The notes below the pieces were generated by a model. It made no database searches, was not told the DNA's origin, and saw nothing but the letters and a program-made list of their open reading frames with translations. From a virus, in IMG/VR virus record IMGVR_UViG_3300045988_121186, positions 1 to 64,000 of that record: a stretch of 64,000 nucleotides of DNA, one strand, 5' to 3'. Below, in pieces: positions 1-7,905 of the stretch (position 1 is its first letter; every line of letters starts with the position of its first letter). Position numbers and translations under genes: made by a program.

Positions 1-135
1 TATGAAAGATGTTTATGTGATGGGAGAGAGATATGAGAAAGAGGTTTATGTGATGAGGGATATGAGAAAGAGGTTTATGTGATGAGGGATATGTGATGAG
101 GGATATGAAAGATGTTTATGTGATGGGAGAGAGGG
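1..135. repeat. Degenerate tandem repeats of about 29-30 bp (units atatgaaagatgtttatgtgatgggagagag and atatgagaaagaggtttatgtgatgaggg) at the window edge
   Basis: Direct reading: two copies of each unit plus a partial unit. The array may continue upstream of the window. Confidence 0.8.
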
Positions 136-240
136 GGTACCTATCACGAACCTCCCGCCCCCGAAACGCGTTTTCTCCCCCGCACCCCCTTCGCCGGAAA
201 ACCGAAAACGCGTTTTTACCTCAAACCTGCAAACCCGCTG
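136..240. other. C-rich/GC-rich segment with short palindromes (aaacgcgttt occurs twice) next to the repeat array
   Basis: GC-rich island in an AT-rich genome with C-tracts and palindromes. Possible terminus, packaging or regulatory site. Confidence 0.4.
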
Positions 241-587
241 ATTATCAACAGTTTATTTAAATTATTGTGAATCAGTGCATTACTATAACTTATTGATTAT
301 AAGCAATTTAAATAAACATATATCCTACATATTAATGTACGCGTATAATACCGTGATTGTATATTTTGTAACTTATTGACAATCAGATAATAGAATCGAA
401 ATTAATACAAGTTAACAAAAAAAAGATAGCATATATGTATATAGTATTGATAAATGTAGTATATTTGCAATGTGTTAAAGCGATAGCACATAGTTGACAT
501 GATGAGCCTATATAGTGTACCCGTTGGGCTAACTATATCTGTATCTGTTAATCGCTTGCGTTGTGGGCTATTAAATTAAATATCATT

Positions 588-605
588 TGTTTAACAATTA
601 AAATA
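588..605 (+). promoter_or_regulatory. Near-palindromic motif TGTTTAACAATTAAAAT 12 nt upstream of the ATG at 616
   Basis: Same motif recurs at 2938-2955, 6218-6235 and 53338-53356, with partial copies at 11083, 26843 and 33381. Confidence 0.45.
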
Positions 606-615
606 TATTGGAATT

Positions 616-1155
616 ATGATTACAAAAAAGAATGTAAACAAGCTGCAAAATGCTGTTATCAAAGAAAATGCCTCAAATTTGGTAGGTGCTGTAAAGTTGT
701 ATAACGCTTTATTTGCAAATGGTAGTGATCTTAAGGTTATTTGCAAATCGTTGGAAATACCTTTAGAGTATGCAACAAAAGTTGCAGCACTCGCCAAAGA
801 TAAAAAACGGTTGGTTGCTGTATGTAGCCAAATGTTGCCTAAAGTTGGTAATACCTTTGTTAAGTTTACGCTTTACTCTAAAGTGTATAAAGATAACAAG
901 ATAGACAAAGAGAAAGGAATTGAGGCGAAGACGGCTGATTGGTGCTCTGATAATGTAGTTTACGGCAGTGAGTACAAACCTTTCGGATTTGCAACCGCGG
1001 AAACGTTGGAGACGAAAAATAGTGCAAAATGGATCATTAAAGAGACGGACGAATATAAATCTACTTATGTGGCCGTTAAGATCAAATCTTATTCTATTCG
1101 TACCGTTGCAAAGTGTGTATCTGAGTATTTAGCACACGAAAGCAATCAGCAGTGA
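616..1155 (+). CDS. hypothetical protein (179 aa)
   Basis: Long ORF preceded by the conserved upstream motif. No recognisable motifs. Confidence 0.55.
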   Translation: MITKKNVNKLQNAVIKENASNLVGAVKLYNALFANGSDLKVICKSLEIPLEYATKVAALAKDKKRLVAVCSQMLPKVGNTFVKFTLYSKVYKDNKIDKEKGIEAKTADWCSDNVVYGSEYKPFGFATAETLETKNSAKWIIKETDEYKSTYVAVKIKSYSIRTVAKCVSEYLAHESNQQ

Positions 1156-1713
1156 AAAAACAAGGTTTGGCGCGTACCTTTAAACGCGTCTGTACGCCGT
1201 TGTCAGTGGGTGCACGTCCCGCGTATGCTTTAGACTAAAGCTGACAAAACAGAGAGTTATTTTACATATTGGAGATAGATATACCGTTGCCCTTGCCGTT
1301 GGCAATTAAAGGGCTGGTATTACTGCATGGACTATCCGAATAGGTATGGTTTATGTTAGGTATGTGATTACAGTTTGGAAAACATGCCGTTGTACGCGGT
1401 TTATCTCCAGATCGAAACGTGTCTTACTTGCTTACACGAAAAATAGAACAAGGCTGTAGATTAAATTACAGGGTACAAGCATGTAGCCTACCATGTAGGG
1501 ACGTGCCGTATCAAAACGCAAGGACACAATCGCCTTTATTTGTGGCTAAGTTGTGTAGCAGACGGAAAATATAATAACACATAGTACGGGCCCGTACATA
1601 AGAACTACGTACTAATTGCGGGCTGTTGGTTGTAGCATAAAATTCGTACAGGATAGGAATGCGCGTTCGGTTCGAATCCGAAACAACCTCTAAATTCTAA
1701 ATAATATAATAAC
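1156..1713. other. About 560 bp ORF-free region with multiple GC-rich hairpins and a 14-bp perfect palindrome gtacgggcccgtac (1584-1597). Candidate structured ncRNA or regulatory region.
   Basis: No ORF of 60 aa or more on either strand. Several stems of 6-7 bp; GC content higher than flanking coding DNA. Confidence 0.4.
1660..1713 (+). promoter_or_regulatory. tRNA T-arm-like hairpin (ttcgg-TTCGAAT-ccgaa) plus A-rich leader directly upstream of the ATG at 1714
   Basis: Canonical T-arm sequence GGTTCGAATCC. No complete cloverleaf could be built. Confidence 0.4.
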
Positions 1714-1920
1714 ATGGAAAAGAAATTTAAATCTCATATGGTAGACGTTCGTGGTCTGTCCAGGAAAGAAGCTAAAGAAAAGCGGAAAAGAGCGTATCGT
1801 GAATTTATGTTATATCGTGACCTTAAAGAAGCGTACCATTCCGATACTGGAAAGGATAAATGTAAACGTAAAGTTCATACATCACGAACATACGTGAAAG
1901 AAAACATAAACAGTATTTAA
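1714..1920 (+). CDS. small basic protein (68 aa, K/R-rich)
   Basis: ORF followed immediately by a rho-independent terminator. Confidence 0.5.
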   Translation: MEKKFKSHMVDVRGLSRKEAKEKRKRAYREFMLYRDLKEAYHSDTGKDKCKRKVHTSRTYVKENINSI

Positions 1921-1926
1921 ATAGGA

Positions 1927-1965
1927 ATAGGGTTGTTCTGAATATCGGAACAACCCTATTTTCGT
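1927..1965 (+). terminator. rho-independent terminator (atagggttgttc ... gaacaaccctat + TTTT)
   Basis: 12-bp perfect stem followed by a T-tract right after the stop at 1920. Confidence 0.7.
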
Positions 1966-2121
1966 ATCCTACTCTTTCTATTTACGAGCAGGATATTCTG
2001 AGAGTGAACGGCGGATGCGGACAATATTGGTCTAAAACGAAACAAAAATAGTGACATTCGGATATAATGCCGGTATTTTGTCTATATATAATCGCTCTAA
2101 TTGGTCTAAAACGAAACTAAA

Positions 2122-2167
2122 GGCGGTTTTCGGACCCAAAATAGGGTGTCGGATGCCGCCTTTTTCG
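2122..2167 (+). terminator. hairpin (ggcgg ... ccgcc) followed by TTTTT; terminator-like
   Basis: GC stem and T-tract. Also flanked by the duplicated 16-mer tggtctaaaacgaaac (2029 and 2103). Confidence 0.45.
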
Positions 2168-2450
2168 TCTCTATGGAATTGAAATTAGGCTTATTGTATT
2201 TTTCTTAAAAATAAGGTATTCTTGATTATCAATTAGTTAGGTTTTATAATATCCGTATTTTCGGACATACTTATTGTATAATTTTTGTTTTATGTGGTGG
2301 TTTTTATTAGTCGCTGACCTATATTTTTTATCGGTTGGTATCCGTTCTATGTTAGAGTACGGACCGGATCAGTATAATGTTGTAATGGTCTTTTGTTTTT
2401 TGTTATTGGCTATTGTTATAGATTTGAATATCTATCTTGACAGGAGTAGG

Positions 2451-2588
2451 AGGCGGTAGGGCGTGGGCTGAAGGTTCTCTATTCTCTCTATGGAATGATA
2501 TTATCTCTAAATCCCCCACACTTCATGCCAGAGTATAAGCTTGTAACGTTCTCCGTATGCCGGTAGTGAGGCGGTAGGGCGTAGGTTC
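2451..2588. repeat. Two copies of the GC-rich 18-20-mer AGGCGGTAGGGCGTRGG (2451-2468 and 2569-2588), followed by a G-tract (2611-2640)
   Basis: Direct reading. G-rich run gcgggagttggagagggggagggagaggg. Confidence 0.7.
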
Positions 2589-2648
2589 TATGCGGAAAGC
2601 CGGAGGATTAGCGGGAGTTGGAGAGGGGGAGGGAGAGGGCACTTCCTA

Positions 2649-2800
2649 CCAACAAAATTCAATAGATATACCAACAAAATTCAATAGATATACCAACAAA
2701 ATTCAATAGATATACCAACAAAATTCAATAGATATACCAACAAAATTCAATAGATATACCAACAAAATTCAATAGATATACCAACAAAATTCAATAGATA
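2649..2800. repeat. 7 perfect tandem copies of the 22-bp unit ccaacaaaattcaatagatata (iteron-like)
   Basis: Direct reading. No spacers, so this is not CRISPR. Candidate replication origin or binding-site array. Confidence 0.85.
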
Positions 2801-2937
2801 AGCGTTTTAAAACAGTATTCTGTAGGTTTTCCCACAAAATTAAGACCTACAGTGCTTTAAAACAGCATTACATAGGTTCCTTCCAACAGATTAAGGGCTA
2901 AGGACTGCATTATGTGAGTATTTTTTTTTTAAGAGGA

Positions 2938-2955
2938 ATGTTTAACAATTAAAAT
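2938..2955 (+). promoter_or_regulatory. TGTTTAACAATTAAAAT motif immediately upstream of the ATG at 2956
   Basis: Identical to the 588-605 copy. Confidence 0.45.
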
Positions 2956-3225
2956 ATGGATGGTATGAACGTATATGATTTTGCACCCGATTTAGATTTG
3001 AGTAAAGAAGTAGAAGGTTCTATTTTTGGGGTGAAAGGAATAGAAGGCAGTGATGGTATAGTATATGCTAAGGTAGTTAGCTGTGTAGACGTCAAGGATT
3101 ACAGTTGTGAGAGATGTATTTTTTATGATTGTTATAAGGATAAATGTTTGTTATGGGGTAGTGATAGTTGTGTAGATGGAGATTGGATTTGTAGGTACGA
3201 ACAGGCTGCCATAGAGGGGGAGTAG
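2956..3225 (+). CDS. hypothetical Cys-rich acidic protein (89 aa)
   Basis: ORF with multiple Cys residues. Confidence 0.5.
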   Translation: MDGMNVYDFAPDLDLSKEVEGSIFGVKGIEGSDGIVYAKVVSCVDVKDYSCERCIFYDCYKDKCLLWGSDSCVDGDWICRYEQAAIEGE

Positions 3226-3455
3226 GCGGCGCCTTGGGCTAAGGCCTGCGGTTGTAGGTGGAACGTAGGTCGGAGCAGAGCCGGAACAGTTTATTGTGGA
3301 ACGTGAAAAGAACAGATAAAAAAGGAGGAGATATGAAAAAGATATTTAAGACATTCTCTATTATGCTTGTCATAGAAATAGTGTTGATAGCTATTTTAGA
3401 TGCTATGTCGTAAGTGAGAAAAATTTTCTTCATTAATTTTCTTATGCTTTAGACA

Positions 3456-3567
3456 GAACGCTCCCGTCTGCGAAGATCGGAGCGTTTGCTTTATGGGATT
3501 CATGGTGCAGCAGGTCAGTTCGATTCCGGCGATCTCATACAACATTAAAAACAAAGGAGGAAAGAAA
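3456..3567 (+). promoter_or_regulatory. Structured 5' leader: 7-bp hairpin (acgctcc/ggagcgt) plus T-arm-like GTTCGATTCCGG plus conserved ATCTCATACAACATTAAAAACAAAGGAGG, ending at the ATG at 3568
   Basis: About 40 nt nearly identical to 4383-4423. Confidence 0.5.
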
Positions 3568-3915
3568 ATGAAAGATGGTATCACATTACACCCAGAGCAC
3601 GGATTGAATCCGTCTATAGAAGTCTGCATGATATGTGGCGAAGAGATGGGGATTGCTTTATTAGGGAATAATATCAAAGGTCAGGCGCCGCATCATATAT
3701 GCACGGGCGGAGTATGTGACGATTGCAAAAAGATAATAGATGACGGAGGCTGTTTTATTATCGAAGTCGAGGATGGATCAGATCAAAAGAATCCGTATCG
3801 TACAGGGAGATATTGCGCGATAAAGAAAGAGGCAGCAAAGAAAATACTTGGACAGGAACATAGTGTTGTGTACATGGAAAAGTCTGCGTACAGTCAAATA
3901 ATACCACAAAAATAA
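3568..3915 (+). CDS. zinc-finger-like Cys-rich protein (start moved to the internal ATG with an AGGAGG Shine-Dalgarno; the track ORF 3493..3915 begins inside the leader)
   Basis: CMICGEE, HHICTGGVCDDC cysteine/histidine clusters. Shine-Dalgarno aaaggagg 8 nt upstream. Confidence 0.5.
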   Translation: MKDGITLHPEHGLNPSIEVCMICGEEMGIALLGNNIKGQAPHHICTGGVCDDCKKIIDDGGCFIIEVEDGSDQKNPYRTGRYCAIKKEAAKKILGQEHSVVYMEKSAYSQIIPQK

Positions 3916-4294
3916 AGAAAGATATGTTTACAAAAGAAGAGCGATTATTCATTTGGAAAAAGGTATATGAGGAGATCGAAAGGTTAGAGGATGGGAATTA
4001 TATATGCGTCATGTTGAGAAATATAGTATTTAAGTTTTTCAGTACTCCTAAAAAAAATAGAATCCATTTATGGGTTATATTTAGATAAACTGGTGAAAAC
4101 ATATTTCCAGGAATTGGAGGAAAAGAAAAGTATGGCTACAGAACCAGAAGAAAAATGGAGGATATATGGATGGTTTGGCTGTATTAGTCCAGAAACGAAG
4201 GAGGTGAGGCTGAATATTGTGAAAGATATTATAAAAGAATTAGAATAGTATTTTTGTTAATCTATTTTATTCATCAAATTAAGTTTTGGGTTTT

Positions 4295-4423
4295 GGCATG
4301 TCGGTTCGTGAGGATAGGCATGCCTATTTCTGCATCATAGAGGGGATGACGCGGCGTGCCGGTGCGTATGTGCCGGTCATGGTTCGATTCTGGGCATCTC
4401 ACAAACAATAAAACAAAAGAGTT
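4295..4423 (+). promoter_or_regulatory. Second copy of the structured leader: hairpins ggcatg/catgcc and atgac/gtcat, then GGTTCGATTCTGGGCATCTCACAAACAATAAAACAAAAGAG before the ATG at 4424
   Basis: Conserved with 3518-3567. Confidence 0.5.
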
Positions 4424-4654
4424 ATGAGAATATACAAGAATGATATTATAAAGGCGTCAGCGATAAGCACCGGCGCAGACAGAGGTGTGTTACTGTGTTC
4501 AATAACAGATTCGGGATTCACGTCTATAGCGGGCGTAATATCGGCTGTTAAGGATAAGTTACCAGGCAAAGATCATAAGAAGATGATTTTTGAAATACGG
4601 AATGATGGAAGAAACGAATATGGCAGATATAATAATTGTGGAGGGAAAATATGA
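4424..4654 (+). CDS. hypothetical protein (76 aa)
   Basis: ORF directly after the conserved leader. Confidence 0.5.
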   Translation: MRIYKNDIIKASAISTGADRGVLLCSITDSGFTSIAGVISAVKDKLPGKDHKKMIFEIRNDGRNEYGRYNNCGGKI

Positions 4655-4910
4655 AATACAGAGGTCTGTTGCTCCCTATGATAATAGCTGCAATGTGCGG
4701 AGATGATGCCTTTGTGCTAAATACTAAAAGGGGAAAAGGAATGTAATCTACATATAGAAGAGAAAAGATTGTCAGAATAGAAAAAGAATTTGACATTAAT
4801 GGAACCAAAGTAATGGCATACTCAAGGAAGGATGCCATTAAAAGATTAAAACATAAGAAGTAGAAAACGGATTTTTATGTTAATGTTAGTTTTTTTATTT
4901 TTATTGAAAG

Positions 4911-4950
4911 GAGCGCCGGCCTGTGAAGGTATGCGCTCTTTGTATTTGTA
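4911..4950 (+). terminator. rho-independent terminator (gagcgc ... gcgctc + tttgtatttgta)
   Basis: 6-bp GC stem and T-rich tail. Confidence 0.55.
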
Positions 4951-4956
4951 TAATGC

Positions 4957-5085
4957 TTGACATACTCCCATCGCTAAAGCAAACGGGATTCTTGGATACA
5001 AACGTACGGAACCCCCGGTTTTACAATCGTTGGAATCACCCGCACTTTCCAACTCGGAAATGCCCTTCCGAGGTCGCAAGACAGG
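4957..5085 (-). mobile_element. Orphan IS200/IS605-family right-end / omega-RNA-scaffold remnant, about 85 % identical to 14514-14650
   Basis: Starts with the same TTGACATACTCCCA end. Minus-frame translation (RKGISELESAGDS...) matches the TnpB no.1 C-terminus RKGISELESMGNS. Confidence 0.6.
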
Positions 5086-5163
5086 GCAAATATAATGTTT
5101 AATTATCATCTGACACATAAATGGGATCAGTATTACCATTAAATAACATAAAACAATAATAAT

Positions 5164-5418
5164 ATGACAGATAATAACATAGATGTGAATATCGTACCTG
5201 TAAGGAATGGCGCGAAACGTGTTGTGGTATCATATTACCATTATTCACGCAAGGGCAAAAATCATATGAGTTCCCAAACGGATTACGTTTGGGAAACAAA
5301 GAATGAAGAAATGTTTAAATACTTTGAGGCCAGGAGGACAAAAGTATTTTATAGTCAGATTCGTGTCATGTGTAGATTCTATGGCAAGAAAAATGTACGT
5401 AAATACAAAAAGCTGTGA
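5164..5418 (+). CDS. hypothetical protein (84 aa)
   Basis: ORF. Confidence 0.45.
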   Translation: MTDNNIDVNIVPVRNGAKRVVVSYYHYSRKGKNHMSSQTDYVWETKNEEMFKYFEARRTKVFYSQIRVMCRFYGKKNVRKYKKL

Positions 5419-6176
5419 TATTAAAAACGACAACCAACGAGTTTTGTTTCATTAACGTAAGTTTCTATGAAACAATAGCAGATCCTCGATATTTCTTTGA
5501 AAAAGATTATGAAGAGATGCCGGAATATGAGGAGGAATTAGATTTTGATTTTGATTCTTATTGCAATAAGTTTATTCCTTTTGTACAGGAATGGGCGAAT
5601 AAGGTGGGCGAACGCCTTTATGAATATGGTGTGAATAACATAAAGGTAATATCGGTCGGACATCCAAAAGAATACAATTATGGTACCGATTGGATAAACG
5701 TAGAGGTAGAGTTTTGTGATGAATGGAGGCAAAAGATGTTATCTAACATTGGTAAGATTGTTAATGATGATAAATGCAAGAAGTATGCGGAGGCTAATTA
5801 TCGGTCGGTATCAGGATACATCTTTTTAGGACCTGAAGATTTAAAGGAATTTGAAAAGAAAATAATAGAAAGAAAGTCAGATTCGGGATATGATGTAACA
5901 ATATTATTAAATATGTATCTAACTTTGGCTTTTGTAAAAGAATTTGGATTTAAAGCCGGAGAAGCGTGGAGTGAAATAACAGAATATGCTTACGGATGTT
6001 TATCGTATTCCGATTTTGCAACAACAGAGATGCTTATACCGGAAGGTTCGGAGCATTTATTCAAAGACATTTACACGGCAAAGGCCGACGAATTATATCA
6101 TCAGTCCTGGATAAATTCGGATGGGCGTGGCGTGATCCGAAATATAAATCAGAAACAGAATTATGCTCGATGTTAA
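5415..6176 (+). CDS. hypothetical acidic protein (up to 253 aa; the true start may be internal)
   Basis: Long ORF. Confidence 0.5.
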   Translation: MILKTTTNEFCFINVSFYETIADPRYFFEKDYEEMPEYEEELDFDFDSYCNKFIPFVQEWANKVGERLYEYGVNNIKVISVGHPKEYNYGTDWINVEVEFCDEWRQKMLSNIGKIVNDDKCKKYAEANYRSVSGYIFLGPEDLKEFEKKIIERKSDSGYDVTILLNMYLTLAFVKEFGFKAGEAWSEITEYAYGCLSYSDFATTEMLIPEGSEHLFKDIYTAKADELYHQSWINSDGRGVIRNINQKQNYARC

Positions 6177-6217
6177 AATGGGCAAAAGAAAAAGGCTTGA
6201 CCATTGAAGAGTTAAGT

Positions 6218-6235
6218 ATTTAATTGTTAAACATA
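6218..6235. promoter_or_regulatory. Palindromic motif (reverse orientation) ATTTAATTGTTAAACA in the 6177-6250 intergenic gap
   Basis: Reverse complement equals TGTTTAACAATTAAAT. Confidence 0.4.
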
Positions 6236-6250
6236 AGGCAGTAGTGGTGC

Positions 6251-6535
6251 GTGAGTATAGGTGCTGCCGTTAAAATATTTTATAAGATGAAAAAAGAAGA
6301 GATTCAAACTATTTTATACACAATCAAAGAAGGAGACAGTATTAAAATCAAAGTACAAGACAAAAGTGAAGAGATAAGATTGCGGGATCATGTAAGAAGA
6401 ACGCAGAAATACGGATACAGGTTTTGTTTGTCTCATTTGCATGATGGAATTTTCTATTTGGAGAAGTTGGAAGAGGGAGATAAAGATAAATACTATAGAG
6501 TAATAAACAGAGGAAATGGAAAGACCGGAGTATAA
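6251..6535 (+). CDS. hypothetical protein (94 aa; alternative start MKKEE at about 6287)
   Basis: ORF. Confidence 0.45.
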   Translation: MSIGAAVKIFYKMKKEEIQTILYTIKEGDSIKIKVQDKSEEIRLRDHVRRTQKYGYRFCLSHLHDGIFYLEKLEEGDKDKYYRVINRGNGKTGV

Positions 6536-6809
6536 TAAGCTACGCAAAATGGCTAAGACTACTCCAGGTCTGATAGTGGACGAGGCGCAAAACATGATGC
6601 GTGTATCGCTGTATGATAATGGGGAACTTAAGAAGATCGTAGTAGTAATGAAATGCGATTCTTTTTTACAGTCAAAAAGTAACATAGAAAAGATAATGTT
6701 ATTATCATCTTCTATAGAAGATAGAAAAAACAAAGAAAAAAATAAAACAAAATCAGAAAATGAACAGAATAACAAAAATAAGAGAAGAAATAGGAGGAAA
6801 ACAGGTTGA
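6516..6809 (+). CDS. hypothetical K/N-rich protein (97 aa)
   Basis: ORF. Confidence 0.4.
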   Translation: MERPEYNKLRKMAKTTPGLIVDEAQNMMRVSLYDNGELKKIVVVMKCDSFLQSKSNIEKIMLLSSSIEDRKNKEKNKTKSENEQNNKNKRRNRRKTG

Positions 6810-7143
6810 TTTGACCTTTTATGGGCGTTTTTGCAGCCTTATTGAAGGTGATAGAGAGATAATACTAAAGGCAATAAAAAACGGTCGTAAGAAAGGCGTA
6901 ATCGGAGCCATTCAGCCTGGAAGACATGATAGAATTTGGACCACATGGGCTATTGCTTTTGAGGATCTGAAGGTAGGGGATACGGTAGAGTTTAGTACAT
7001 CCGGGAAATACAATCCAGGTTTTCATTCTACAGAAAAGTATGTAGGATGTGTAGAATGGATAAAAGGATCGGAATGTGCGATAAAAACCGGCAAAGGGAT
7101 GGCAGTAGTATTAATTAAACACGTGGAAAGGGTAGTAAGATGA
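6760..7143 (+). CDS. hypothetical protein (127 aa)
   Basis: ORF. Confidence 0.5.
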   Translation: MNRITKIREEIGGKQVDLTFYGRFCSLIEGDREIILKAIKNGRKKGVIGAIQPGRHDRIWTTWAIAFEDLKVGDTVEFSTSGKYNPGFHSTEKYVGCVEWIKGSECAIKTGKGMAVVLIKHVERVVR

Positions 7144-7421
7144 AATTGAGAGAATTTGTAGAACTCTTTGATAAGAATGATGTAAAGGATTTGTTTAAGT
7201 CATTATCTTTATGTATGGAATACGTAAGGATAGATTTACATGTATTTAATGTAGGTGCTTATGTTACGTGCCTGTACAGTAATGATCTTGAACAGCTTTC
7301 AACGATGAAAGGGTGCGCTATATACGCGATAGTAGAAGTACCATGTTTATTTGAGGCATTTATGGAATATGCTTCACCGGAATTGAAAGCATATTATGAT
7401 AAACTAACGAAAGAAGTGTGA
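7140..7421 (+). CDS. hypothetical protein (93 aa)
   Basis: ORF; 4-nt overlap with the neighbouring gene. Confidence 0.45.
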   Translation: MKLREFVELFDKNDVKDLFKSLSLCMEYVRIDLHVFNVGAYVTCLYSNDLEQLSTMKGCAIYAIVEVPCLFEAFMEYASPELKAYYDKLTKEV

Positions 7422-7422
7422 C

Positions 7423-7905
7423 ATGAAAGAGGAAGTAGAACGGATAAAGAAGTTGGTAGGCATAGATCATAATAGATGGGAGCAACCTTGTACATGTGAT
7501 AAATGCAAGAACATGTGTAAGGTTCCTTGTATTGGTACGCCAAAAGACATAGAGGCTATCATAGATGCCGGATACGCTGATAGGTTAAAAGAAACAATGT
7601 GGATGGTAGGGTATCTTGCAGTGAAGGAAAAACCAATAGCGATGATCCAGCCGACAGAGAAAGACGGGTGGTGCGCATTCCGCCGGCCAGACGGTCTCTG
7701 CGAGCTGCATGACCGTGGACTAAAGCCGACCGAAGGAGTTCTGGCTTCCTGTAAGATGATTGAAGAAGACAATGTTCCAACATACGAAACGTCTGTACTT
7801 AGAGCAGTGGCTAATGAGTGGGTTAAGGTGGAGAACTTTGGAGATATAATGAGGGTCGTTTTTAAATTTTTGCATGAAAATGAACGTAGAAGACAAATTA
7901 GATAA
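7423..7905 (+). CDS. hypothetical Cys-rich protein (160 aa)
   Basis: CTCDKCKNMCKVPC cysteine cluster. Confidence 0.5.
   Translation: MKEEVERIKKLVGIDHNRWEQPCTCDKCKNMCKVPCIGTPKDIEAIIDAGYADRLKETMWMVGYLAVKEKPIAMIQPTEKDGWCAFRRPDGLCELHDRGLKPTEGVLASCKMIEEDNVPTYETSVLRAVANEWVKVENFGDIMRVVFKFLHENERRRQIR

Noticed and set aside
1627-1690. Possible tRNA gene (perfect T-arm GGTTCGAATCC with a 6/7-bp acceptor pairing tggttgt/acaacct)
   Set aside because: It is only about 64 nt between the acceptor strands. No D-arm or anticodon stem can be formed. Treated as a tRNA-like leader element instead.
2649-2800. CRISPR array
   Set aside because: Seven identical 22-bp units are directly tandem with no spacers and no cas genes nearby. 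Iterons or binding sites are more plausible.
3493-3567. N-terminal extension of the zinc-finger ORF (MGFMVQQVSSIPAISYNIKNKGGKK)
   Set aside because: This stretch coincides with the conserved structured leader and precedes a strong Shine-Dalgarno plus ATG at 3568. Likely untranslated.
5996-6223. Plus-strand 75-aa ORF overlapping the end of 5415..6176
   Set aside because: Alternative frame inside a longer ORF with no independent start signal.
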